Shown in pieces: positions 19,904 to 28,247 of a stretch of 64,000 nt of DNA (positions are counted from its first letter, which is position 1; the number at the start of each line of letters is the position of its first letter). This DNA is from Thermoanaerobaculia bacterium (GTDB lineage Bacteria > Acidobacteriota > Thermoanaerobaculia > Gp7-AA8), in the NCBI GenBank assembly GCA_017883205.1, contig JADGNZ010000035.1, forward strand, positions 444 through 64,443, given 5' to 3'. The notes beneath the pieces were generated by a model, which worked only from the letters and a program-made list of their open reading frames with translations, was not told where the DNA came from and made no database searches. The position numbers were made by a program, and so were the translations under genes.

Positions 19904-20506
19904 TTACGTGCCTGACGGCGCGGCATCCTCCGGTCCACCAACCGCAACCTTGACCATTGCCGGGCGAATCAAGCGGTCGTGGAGAAAGTAACCCTTCTGC
20001 ATGACTTCAACGACGGTGTGCGACGGGACGGATGAGTCCTCCACGCGAACGACTCCCTCATGGATGTTCGGATCGAAGCGGACGCCGGACTCCGTGATCG
20101 GCTTCAGGCCGTGCCGCTGGAGGACGTCGAAGAGTTGCTTGTAGATGAGGGCCATGCCTTTGTGAAACTCGTCGCCCTCTTCCGCATGATCGAGGCCGCG
20201 GTCGAAGTTGTCGAGCACCGGGAGGAGATCACGAATCAACCCGGCCAGGGCGTAGCGCTGGAAGTCGTTCTTCTCACGCTCGGAGCGTTTGCGAAAGTTC
20301 TCGAAGTCGGCGAGCGTGCGGAGGTAGCGGTCGCGGAAGTCGTCCGCAACGGGTCCTTCGGCCGGTGCGGCCGGACCGTCAACAGCTTCCTTCGCCGCCA
20401 CTTCCATTTCGTGCTCGATGTCCTCGACCGTGTCGCCGGTGTCTTCGATCACGTAGCGGTCGTCGTCCAGGGTGTCACCACCATTCGGGTCGTTCTTTTC
20501 GTTCAC
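19904..20506 (-). CDS. grpE: Nucleotide exchange factor GrpE
   Basis: ADFENFRKR, LLPVLDNF, FDPNIHE, KGY..HDRLIRPAMVKV; GTG start overlaps the hrcA stop. Confidence 0.93.
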   Translation of the reverse strand: MNEKNDPNGGDTLDDDRYVIEDTGDTVEDIEHEMEVAAKEAVDGPAAPAEGPVADDFRDRYLRTLADFENFRKRSEREKNDFQRYALAGLIRDLLPVLDNFDRGLDHAEEGDEFHKGMALIYKQLFDVLQRHGLKPITESGVRFDPNIHEGVVRVEDSSVPSHTVVEVMQKGYFLHDRLIRPAMVKVAVGGPEDAAPSGT

Positions 20507-21576
20507 TGCTGTTGCTCCTGTTCTTCTTCGATCTTGCGGCTGAGGGCGAGACCGAGATAGTCCACCAGCGGCGCCATGCGAGCGTACTCCATGCGCATCG
20601 GTCCGATGATGCCGACCATGCCGAGCGGAGCCGCCTGCGTTCCGTAGCGCCGCGCCACGATGCTGAAGTTGTAGACCTGCGTGAAATTGCTCTCCGATCC
20701 GATCAGGATCTGCAGACCTTCTTCGGAAAGACACGAGTTCAAGATCTCCACCAGCTTTTCCTTTTCCTGCAGAGCCAGAAAGGTTTTGCGCATGGAGACG
20801 GCGTCGGCGAACTCCGGTTTGGTGAGAATCGAAGCCGCTCCTTCGACGTAGAGCTCGTGCTCGAGTGGCGCCACGTCGTTGACGGCCTCGATGCCGAGGG
20901 TGATGGTCTTCTGCAGCATGCCGTCGTGCATGGCCCGCTCCTCCTCGGTCATCCGAATCAGGCGCCGGCGAATACTGTCGAGCCGCATCCCGCTGAACTC
21001 GCCTGTGATGAAGCGTGAGATTTTTTGCAGCTCGTCACGGGTGAACGGCAGCCGCGTCTCGATGATCTTGTTTACGACGACGCCGTTCTGCCCGACCAGG
21101 ATGCACATGATCTTGTTGTCGGCCACGCCGACGAAGTCCATGCTGCGGACCGTGAATTGCAGCAGGGTCGGCATGAAGATGACGCCAACCTGGTCGCTGA
21201 GCCTGGAAAGAACGCGAGAGGCGAGATGAAGCACTTCGTCGATTTCGTTGGCGTGACTGACCTGATCGTCGATCGTCTCGCGCTCGCGCAGCGTGAGCGT
21301 GCGCGAGCGCATGAGGTGGTCGATGAAGAAACGGTAGCCAAGATCCGTCGGCACGCGGCCGGCTGAGGTGTGAGGATGCTGCAGGTAACCGAGATCCTCG
21401 AGATCCGCCATCACGTTGCGCAGGCTGGCCGGCGAGAGTTGAAACCGCCCGCACTTCGCCAGGGTGCGCGAGCTGATGGCCTCACCCGTGGCCACGTGCT
21501 GCATGATGATCTCGCGCAGCACCTCGCGGGCGCGCGTGTCGAGATCATCACCGCTTCGATCGATATGCTGGACCAT
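20503..21576 (-). CDS. hrcA: Heat-inducible transcription repressor HrcA
   Basis: SPASLRNVMADLE, HPHTSAGRVPTDLGYR, GIIGPMRMEY. Confidence 0.95.
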   Translation of the reverse strand: MVQHIDRSGDDLDTRAREVLREIIMQHVATGEAISSRTLAKCGRFQLSPASLRNVMADLEDLGYLQHPHTSAGRVPTDLGYRFFIDHLMRSRTLTLRERETIDDQVSHANEIDEVLHLASRVLSRLSDQVGVIFMPTLLQFTVRSMDFVGVADNKIMCILVGQNGVVVNKIIETRLPFTRDELQKISRFITGEFSGMRLDSIRRRLIRMTEEERAMHDGMLQKTITLGIEAVNDVAPLEHELYVEGAASILTKPEFADAVSMRKTFLALQEKEKLVEILNSCLSEEGLQILIGSESNFTQVYNFSIVARRYGTQAAPLGMVGIIGPMRMEYARMAPLVDYLGLALSRKIEEEQEQQQ

Positions 21577-21628
21577 GAGTTTGAAGGCGAGTGCGCGTAC
21601 GAGTTTGGCAGCGAATGGCCGGGCTTGT

Positions 21629-21655
21629 CTGGCAGTCTCGCCGAATGACTGCCAA
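21629..21655 (-). promoter_or_regulatory. CIRCE operator (variant)
   Basis: cTGGCAGTC-N9-GACTGCCAA versus consensus TTAGCACTC-N9-GAGTGCTAA, upstream of hrcA. Confidence 0.85.
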
Positions 21656-21665
21656 CAAGCACGAG

Positions 21666-21694
21666 AATGTAGGAATTGCGCCGGATGGTGTCAA
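21666..21694 (-). promoter_or_regulatory. Sigma70 promoter of the hrcA operon
   Basis: TTGACA-N17-TACATT, 10 bp upstream of CIRCE. Confidence 0.8.
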
Positions 21695-21746
21695 GATTTG
21701 CGGAGCGATGAGTGCAAGATTGAAATTGACTGGGGACCTGAATTTG

Positions 21747-22418
21747 ATGATGACACATCACATTTCGCGGCGGATCCGATCGCTCGGAGTGACAATCGTC
21801 TCTGTCATCGCGTTCGTCCTTCCGTCGGCCGCGCGTGCCGCGACGCTCGACCGGATCGCTGCCGTCATCGATCAACAGGTCCTGACCGTCAGCGAAGTCG
21901 ACCAGATGGCTGAGGTTCGTTTCATTCCGCGCATCGCCGGGCGAAGCAACGACGATTACCACCATGACATCCTCGAAGCACTGATTGCGCAAGCACTGCG
22001 GTATCGCGACGTGGAGCGCTTCGGGGCGCAGGACATCCCGAAAGACTCGATCGAAGCGCGGCTGGTGGAGATCCAGCATCGTTTTGTTCCGCCGGCTTCG
22101 CTCGACGCAGCGCTCCTCCGGGCGGAATTGACCCTCGATGAGTTGCGCGCACTCATCAAGCGTCAGTTGCAGGTGGAGGCTTACATTCAGGAGCGCTTCG
22201 CCCCGCTGATCTTCGTCGCCAATGATGACATCGCCGCGTACTACAACGGACCGTGGCGTCAGCAACGTGCCGCGAGAGGGCTTCCGGTGACGCCGCTCAA
22301 CGACGTCCGCGAAGAGATTCGCACGCTCATCCGATCACGCCAGCTCGAAGAGCAGATCGAGACGTGGACGAATCAGTTGCGGGCGCGGGCGAATGTGGAT
22401 GTGTATGCGTGGAAGTGA
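21747..22418 (+). CDS. SurA N-terminal-domain-like periplasmic chaperone
   Basis: Signal peptide then LDRIAAVIDQQVLTVSEV ... LRARANV; start uncertain. Confidence 0.75.
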   Translation: MMTHHISRRIRSLGVTIVSVIAFVLPSAARAATLDRIAAVIDQQVLTVSEVDQMAEVRFIPRIAGRSNDDYHHDILEALIAQALRYRDVERFGAQDIPKDSIEARLVEIQHRFVPPASLDAALLRAELTLDELRALIKRQLQVEAYIQERFAPLIFVANDDIAAYYNGPWRQQRAARGLPVTPLNDVREEIRTLIRSRQLEEQIETWTNQLRARANVDVYAWK

Positions 22419-22440
22419 CGAATTGCGCTCGCTGGCGCGA

Positions 22441-22564
22441 GCGCGTTGTCGGTTGTCAGTTGTCGGTTGTCAGCGTGCGATATCCGGGGCCAACGCGCAA
22501 TCAGCGGCGCAGCGAGACGCTGGCAACTGGGACGGCAACCCATAACCGACAACAGACAACGCGC
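22441..22564. repeat. Inverted repeat of GTTGTC(G/A) heptamers between convergent genes
   Basis: gcgcgttgtcggttgtcagttgtcggttgtcagcg ... aaccgacaacagacaacgcgc. Confidence 0.8.
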
Positions 22565-22588
22565 GGCGGCGCTAGCCGCCGCGCATTT

Positions 22589-24193
22589 TCAAGGTACCGG
22601 GTTCGCGTTCTGCGTGTAGAAATCGACGGAGCCGATCTCCGTAACCAAGGCGCTGAAGTCGACGACGCGCACCGTCACGCGGTGTTTGGCGTTTGCGAGC
22701 TTCGTCGTATCGATGACGAAGTGCCATCCCGAGTTCTGACTGTTGAATAGATAGGGGTATTGCACCACAACGTCGGGACGCGGGAAACCGTACTGCGCCT
22801 TCCCCTTGAAGTCGCCGTCCACGAGGATATCGACCTCCTGGAGGGTGCTGTGTTCGGTCAGGGCCCAGCCCTGGAACGTAACCGTTCCCTTCATGAAGTC
22901 GTTGGTCTGCGGGACGTCGATGAAGCCGACGGCGGAGGCGACGCGGTCTTCCGCGCACTCGAAGAAGACGGGGATGCCATCGCGGTTCGGCAGCTCGGTG
23001 AACGTCTGCTGCTGATCGCCGACGCGCACTTTCAGCACGTGATTGCCAGGGCCTACGCCGGACGCGAGCAGCGCACCGACGTCCATCGTGAAGAGGAAGC
23101 CGGAGCGTGGCGCGTCAGGATATCCGGGGTAGTAGCGCTCCACGTCGAAGCGCGGCAGGCCGTAACAGTTCACGTAATTGCCGAAAATCGGATTGAATGC
23201 ACAGTCACCGGTCGAATACCAGATGCGGCCGTCGATCATCAGCTCGGCGTAGGCGACGCGGCCGGTGTCGGTGCGCGTGCCGAGGTCGAGAGCCCAGCCG
23301 CGGACCGGCGTGATATGCGATTGCGGATTGATGGCCGGTGAGGCCTGGGGAAATACGTTGCAACGCGTGCCGTACAGCACCGCGTCGCGGATCGGTTCAT
23401 CGATGTAGCCGAACGGTTTCAGATTGCCGCTCTCATTGAAGATCTGCACGGTGCGGCGGCCGATGAGCCGCGAGAGGCCGAGGCGGTCGGTCGCGCGCAC
23501 GTCGAGCGTGTGCACGCCATCCTGGATTCGCGTCGTATCGACGTTGGCGACGAAAGCGCTGTAGAGCGCATCGGGCCAGTCGGCAATCGTGTTGGCTACG
23601 TCCGGGCGCGGATCGCCGTACATGGCGTTCTGCACGACACCGTTGTCGATGAGCACCTCGACCTTGGCCACTCCGTCGGTGTCGAGCGCCCAGCCTGAGA
23701 CCGGGAACGAACCGGAGGCGTTGTACGTGCCGACAAGGTCGGGAATGTCGACGTTGCCGAAGGGCGATTGATTGATCGTATTGTCGACGGAGATCGTCCG
23801 GCGCCCGAGCTCAGTGACCGTGTTGTCGCTGGCGAACACGCGCACGGCGATCGTGTGTGCTCCATTCGTGAACCGGCTGGCCAGCATGCCGATCTGAAAG
23901 CCGGGCGCGATGTGCTGAATGCCGGGATAGTTCGGGTAGGACTGCTCCACATCGATGCGTGGCAGATTCGTGTTGGAGTTGACGACGAACTGATCGTCGA
24001 CGTACACGGCGATCCTCGAGATCGCCGCGGGGTCGAGGAACCACCCTTTGACGAGAATCACGCCGCTTTGCGTAACGGTCGAGTCAGGATATTCGAGCGC
24101 ACCGTGCGTCTCGACCGTTTGCGCGGTCAGCACAGGAACGACGAACGACACCACAATGGCGAGAACCAGGCCGCGGGTAACCCTTCTCCACAT
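22589..24193 (-). CDS. Secreted protein with four tandem Ig-like repeats
   Basis: Signal peptide; four units G.xD.P..V.GW(A/F)L..V.VD..R.DV...YP..GF..D...NG.H...VR. Confidence 0.75.
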   Translation of the reverse strand: MWRRVTRGLVLAIVVSFVVPVLTAQTVETHGALEYPDSTVTQSGVILVKGWFLDPAAISRIAVYVDDQFVVNSNTNLPRIDVEQSYPNYPGIQHIAPGFQIGMLASRFTNGAHTIAVRVFASDNTVTELGRRTISVDNTINQSPFGNVDIPDLVGTYNASGSFPVSGWALDTDGVAKVEVLIDNGVVQNAMYGDPRPDVANTIADWPDALYSAFVANVDTTRIQDGVHTLDVRATDRLGLSRLIGRRTVQIFNESGNLKPFGYIDEPIRDAVLYGTRCNVFPQASPAINPQSHITPVRGWALDLGTRTDTGRVAYAELMIDGRIWYSTGDCAFNPIFGNYVNCYGLPRFDVERYYPGYPDAPRSGFLFTMDVGALLASGVGPGNHVLKVRVGDQQQTFTELPNRDGIPVFFECAEDRVASAVGFIDVPQTNDFMKGTVTFQGWALTEHSTLQEVDILVDGDFKGKAQYGFPRPDVVVQYPYLFNSQNSGWHFVIDTTKLANAKHRVTVRVVDFSALVTEIGSVDFYTQNANPVP

Positions 24194-24314
24194 AACCCCA
24201 ACCTCCCCGAAAATAACCTTGCCCGATACTGCTCAGCCTAGGCGTGATCACGCCGATTCGTTGATGAGCCGACGTTCAATCCATGGCCAGTTTGCCGGAG
24301 TTTATACTGCCGAG

Positions 24315-25277
24315 GTGAATTCTTCAAATATCGATGCGTCCGCTGTCACGATTGAGGATGTCCGGGAAGCCGCCATCCGCATCCAACCGTACGTCCACCG
24401 CACCCCTCTGCTGAGCAGCCGATCGCTCTCCGAGGCCATCGGCGTGGAGGTGCGTCTCAAGTGCGAAAACCTCCAGCGCGCAGGGTCGTTCAAGATCCGC
24501 GGGGCGATGAATGCGCTCCTGCAGGTGCCTGAGAACCAGCGCCGCAACGGCGTCGTGGCCTTCTCCTCCGGCAATCACGCACAAGGCGTCGCCCTCGCGG
24601 CCAGACTCCTCGGCATGAAGGCCACCATCGTGATGCCGGAGGGATCCAACCCGTCGAAGGTTGCTGCGACCGAGGCGTATGGCGCGACGGTCGTCACGTC
24701 GGGAGTCACGTCCGCGACGCGCGACACCGTCGCCCGCGACATCGCCAGCAAGAGCGGTGCGGCGGTCATCCCTCCTTTTGATGATTGGCGCATCATTGCC
24801 GGAGCCGGCACTGTCGGACTGGAGATCGTCGACGAATGGCCGGACGTGGAGACGATCGTCACACCGCTCGGCGGCGGCGGGCTGCTCTCGGGCGTCGCGA
24901 TCGCGGCGACGTCGAGCAAGCCGGACATCGCGGTCTACGGCGTCGAGCCGCGCGCCGGCAACGACGGCGAGCAGTCGTTCAAGTCCGGCCGCATCATCGC
25001 CATCGATCCGCCTAAGACGATCGCCGACGGCGCCCGAACGCTGGCCATTGGCGAGCGCAATTTTGCCGTGATCCGCGAACGGGTTCGCGACGTCGTCAGC
25101 GTCGAAGACGACGTTCTCCTCGATGCTGTGAAGTTCGCCATGTATCGAACCAAGCTCGTCATCGAGCCGACCGGTGCGCTGGGGATTGCCGCGCTGCTGT
25201 CAGGCGTGATCAAACCGAAAGGAAAGACGGCGATCGTCGTCAGCGGCGGTAATCTCGACTTCAGTCTGCTCTGCTGA
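24315..25277 (+). CDS. Threonine/serine dehydratase (serine racemase-like)
   Basis: LKCENLQRAGSFKIRGA, SSGNHAQG, GGGGLLSG, EPTGA, SGGN; GTG start. Confidence 0.9.
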   Translation: MNSSNIDASAVTIEDVREAAIRIQPYVHRTPLLSSRSLSEAIGVEVRLKCENLQRAGSFKIRGAMNALLQVPENQRRNGVVAFSSGNHAQGVALAARLLGMKATIVMPEGSNPSKVAATEAYGATVVTSGVTSATRDTVARDIASKSGAAVIPPFDDWRIIAGAGTVGLEIVDEWPDVETIVTPLGGGGLLSGVAIAATSSKPDIAVYGVEPRAGNDGEQSFKSGRIIAIDPPKTIADGARTLAIGERNFAVIRERVRDVVSVEDDVLLDAVKFAMYRTKLVIEPTGALGIAALLSGVIKPKGKTAIVVSGGNLDFSLLC

Positions 25278-25315
25278 TCGATCTCTTTCACTCTTCACTC
25301 TTCACTCTTCGAATC

Positions 25316-26641
25316 ATGACCGCTTCCCTCTTCGGCGAAGACCCCTTCGAACCGCCCGCCCGCAGCGATGCGCCGCTGCCCGAGCGGCTGCGCCCACGCT
25401 CGCTCGAGGAGATCATCGGCCTCGACGAGATCCTCGGCGAGGGACGCTTCCTGCGCACGGCCATCGAGAGCGACCGGATTCCCTCGATGATCTTCTGGGG
25501 GCCGCCTGGCTCCGGGAAGACCACGCTGGCGCGGATCATCGCCAACAAGACCCGGGCGAAGTTCGTCACGTTCTCGGCCACCAGCACTGCGATCAAGGAA
25601 ATCCGCACGCTGATGGAGGAAGCGCGCCGCGAGCGGAAAGCGCGCGGGACGAAGACGATCGTCTTCATCGATGAGATCCACCGCTTCAACAAGGCGCAGC
25701 AGGACGCCTTCCTCCCTTTCGTCGAGGCCGGAGACATCATCCTCATCGGCGCCACGACCGAGAACCCGTCGTTCGAGGTGAACTCGGCGCTGCTGTCGCG
25801 GACGAAAGTCGTCGTCATCCCCGCGCTGGAGCGCGAACAGGTCATGACGATTCTGCGCCGCGCCGTCAGCGATCCCTCGGTGCGCAAATACGGCATCGAC
25901 GTCAGCGACGATGCTCTCGACTTCATGGCCGCGACCTCGGCTGGCGACGCGCGTCAGGCGCTCAACTCGCTGCAGCTCGTCGTCGAGACGGCAACGAAAG
26001 ACGACGGCGCGATCGACAAAACGAAAGTGACACAGATCCTTCAGCGCCGTTCGCTGATGTACGACAAGGGCGGCGAAGAGCACTACAACATCATCTCGGC
26101 GCTTCACAAATCGCTTCGCAACGGCGACGCCGACGCCTCGATGTACTGGCTGGTGCGCATGCTGGAGGGAGGCGAAGATCCGATGTACATCGCCCGCCGC
26201 CTCGTGCGCGCTGCTTCCGAAGACATCGGCAACGCCGACCCGCAAGCGCTGGTCTTCGCCATCGCCGTCCAGCAGACCGTCCACTTCCTCGGCATGCCGG
26301 AAGCCGGCGTCGCGCTGGGGCAACTGGTCACCTATCTTGCCGCCGCACCGAAATCGAACGCCGTCTACATCGGCTACGGCGAGGCAGTTCGCGAGGTGCG
26401 CCAGGGCGATAATCCAGGCGTCCCACTTCACATCCGCAACGCCCCCACGGGCCTCATGAAAGACCTCGGCTACGGCCGCGGCTATCAATACGCCCACGAT
26501 TTCGAAGACCAGACCGCGGCGATGGAGTGTCTTCCCGACGCATTGGCCGGCCGTCGCTTCTACGAGCCGAAGGAAGCGGGCGCCGAGGCGAAGATCAAGG
26601 CCCGGCTGGATGCGATGCGCGACGCGCGGAAGAAGAAGTGA
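25316..26641 (+). CDS. rarA: Replication-associated recombination protein A (MgsA)
   Basis: GPPGSGKTT, DEIHRFNKAQQD, GATTENPSF, ISALHKS, SEDIG. Confidence 0.95.
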   Translation: MTASLFGEDPFEPPARSDAPLPERLRPRSLEEIIGLDEILGEGRFLRTAIESDRIPSMIFWGPPGSGKTTLARIIANKTRAKFVTFSATSTAIKEIRTLMEEARRERKARGTKTIVFIDEIHRFNKAQQDAFLPFVEAGDIILIGATTENPSFEVNSALLSRTKVVVIPALEREQVMTILRRAVSDPSVRKYGIDVSDDALDFMAATSAGDARQALNSLQLVVETATKDDGAIDKTKVTQILQRRSLMYDKGGEEHYNIISALHKSLRNGDADASMYWLVRMLEGGEDPMYIARRLVRAASEDIGNADPQALVFAIAVQQTVHFLGMPEAGVALGQLVTYLAAAPKSNAVYIGYGEAVREVRQGDNPGVPLHIRNAPTGLMKDLGYGRGYQYAHDFEDQTAAMECLPDALAGRRFYEPKEAGAEAKIKARLDAMRDARKKK

Positions 26642-26780
26642 GCAGGCGCCGGTCATCGGTGCATTCGGAAAGCTGTAGCGGCAGCAGACCAGCGTCGGCT
26701 GTTCAGCGTGTTGGCGGCGCCCCTCGTTCACCGGCTGTATACTGCGATACCTCCATCCCATTCAGGAAACTGCGACTTCC

Positions 26781-28247
26781 ATGAGCTTCACGCGAGACGC
26801 TTTCATCAGCTACGCCCACATCGACAACGAACCTCTCCCTGATGAGAAGGAAGGGTGGGTGACTGTCTTCGACAAGGCGCTTCGACAGGTGCTCAGCCGT
26901 TACACGGGCAAGGATGCGAACATCTGGCGGGACGAGAAGCTGCAGGGGAATGACGTCTTCTCCGATGAGATCCTCAGCCAGTTCCCCGAGACGGCCGTGC
27001 TCGTGTCCGTCCTGTCGCCGCGCTATCTGAAATCGGAATGGTGCAGCAAGGAGATGACTCAGTTTTACGAGATCGCGGAGAAATCGGGCGGCATCATCAT
27101 CGGCAACAAGTGCCGCATCTTCAAAATCATCAAGACACCGTTCGGAAGAGACGAGTCCCTGCCGCCAGAAGTGGCGGGAGTGCTTGGACGCATTCTCGGC
27201 TACGAGTTCTATCACCTCGACGCCGACAACACGCCGCAAGAGCTCGACCCCGCTTATGGCGATTCGGCACGCCAGGATTTCCTGAAGTCCGTGACACGGG
27301 TGGCCTGGCACATCAAGGAGTTGCTCGATGTGATGTCGAGTGCGCCCGCGGCTGGAAAGGCCAGGCCATCGATCTACCTCGCAGAGTGCACGCGTGACCA
27401 GCGCGACGCGCGCTCAACTCTCGAGGGGGAGCTGAAGCGCCTCGGATACGACATCCTTCCCGATTCCCAGCTCCCCACCGACTCAGTGGAGTACGTCGCT
27501 GAGGTCGAAAAGCAGCTCCAGCAGTGCGATCTGTCGATCCATCTCGTCGGCAGCAGCTACGGTGCCGTGCCTGACGGAACCGATCAGTCGGTGGTCGCAC
27601 TGCAGAACGCATCGGCCGTCGGCGTCAGTAGGAAGAGCGGTCTTGCCCGCGTCATCTCCGTCCCGGCGGATTTGCAGACCACCGATCCGCGCCAACAGGC
27701 TTTCATCACCGCGCTGCATGAGGATGCCGGCTTACAGTTCGGCGCGGACCTCATCACCGGCGGGATCGAGGATCTGAAGAGCGCCGTGCTGGCGGCACTT
27801 GCCCGGGTCGAGCGAGCTACCAGCATTCCCGTTGCCGGCGCAGATAAGACGCTGGTCTACGTGATCTGCGACCCTCGTGACGTTCAAGCCACCATACCGT
27901 TGGCAAAGAGTCTCGTCGCCCGCGGCATGAGAGTCGAGCTGACGGTTTTCGACGGCGACGCGGCGGCTGTGCGCGAAGCGAATGAACAGCTCATGACGAC
28001 TGCCGGCGCGATCGTTCTCTTCTGGGGCGCCGGCGACGACACATGGCGCGCCTACCAGCAGAGTGATATCCGCAAGAACCAGGGTGCACGCCGCGACAAC
28101 CCGCCGAAGACGATCACGTACGTCGCCGGGCCCGCGACGAGCAAGAAGCAGTTTCTTCTGCAAACCGAAGCCGGCGTCATCGACGCCTCGAGCGCTCCCG
28201 AGGAGCAGGCGATCGCGGCTCTTGCCAAGGCGCTGGGGCTTACGTGA
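26781..28247 (+). CDS. TIR-domain protein with two further TIR/DUF4062-like domains
   Basis: DAFISYAH, WRDEKL, LSPRYLKSEWCSKE; second domain IYLAE..CDLSIHLVGSSYG; third LVYVICDPRD..AIVLFWG. Confidence 0.85.
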   Translation: MSFTRDAFISYAHIDNEPLPDEKEGWVTVFDKALRQVLSRYTGKDANIWRDEKLQGNDVFSDEILSQFPETAVLVSVLSPRYLKSEWCSKEMTQFYEIAEKSGGIIIGNKCRIFKIIKTPFGRDESLPPEVAGVLGRILGYEFYHLDADNTPQELDPAYGDSARQDFLKSVTRVAWHIKELLDVMSSAPAAGKARPSIYLAECTRDQRDARSTLEGELKRLGYDILPDSQLPTDSVEYVAEVEKQLQQCDLSIHLVGSSYGAVPDGTDQSVVALQNASAVGVSRKSGLARVISVPADLQTTDPRQQAFITALHEDAGLQFGADLITGGIEDLKSAVLAALARVERATSIPVAGADKTLVYVICDPRDVQATIPLAKSLVARGMRVELTVFDGDAAAVREANEQLMTTAGAIVLFWGAGDDTWRAYQQSDIRKNQGARRDNPPKTITYVAGPATSKKQFLLQTEAGVIDASSAPEEQAIAALAKALGLT

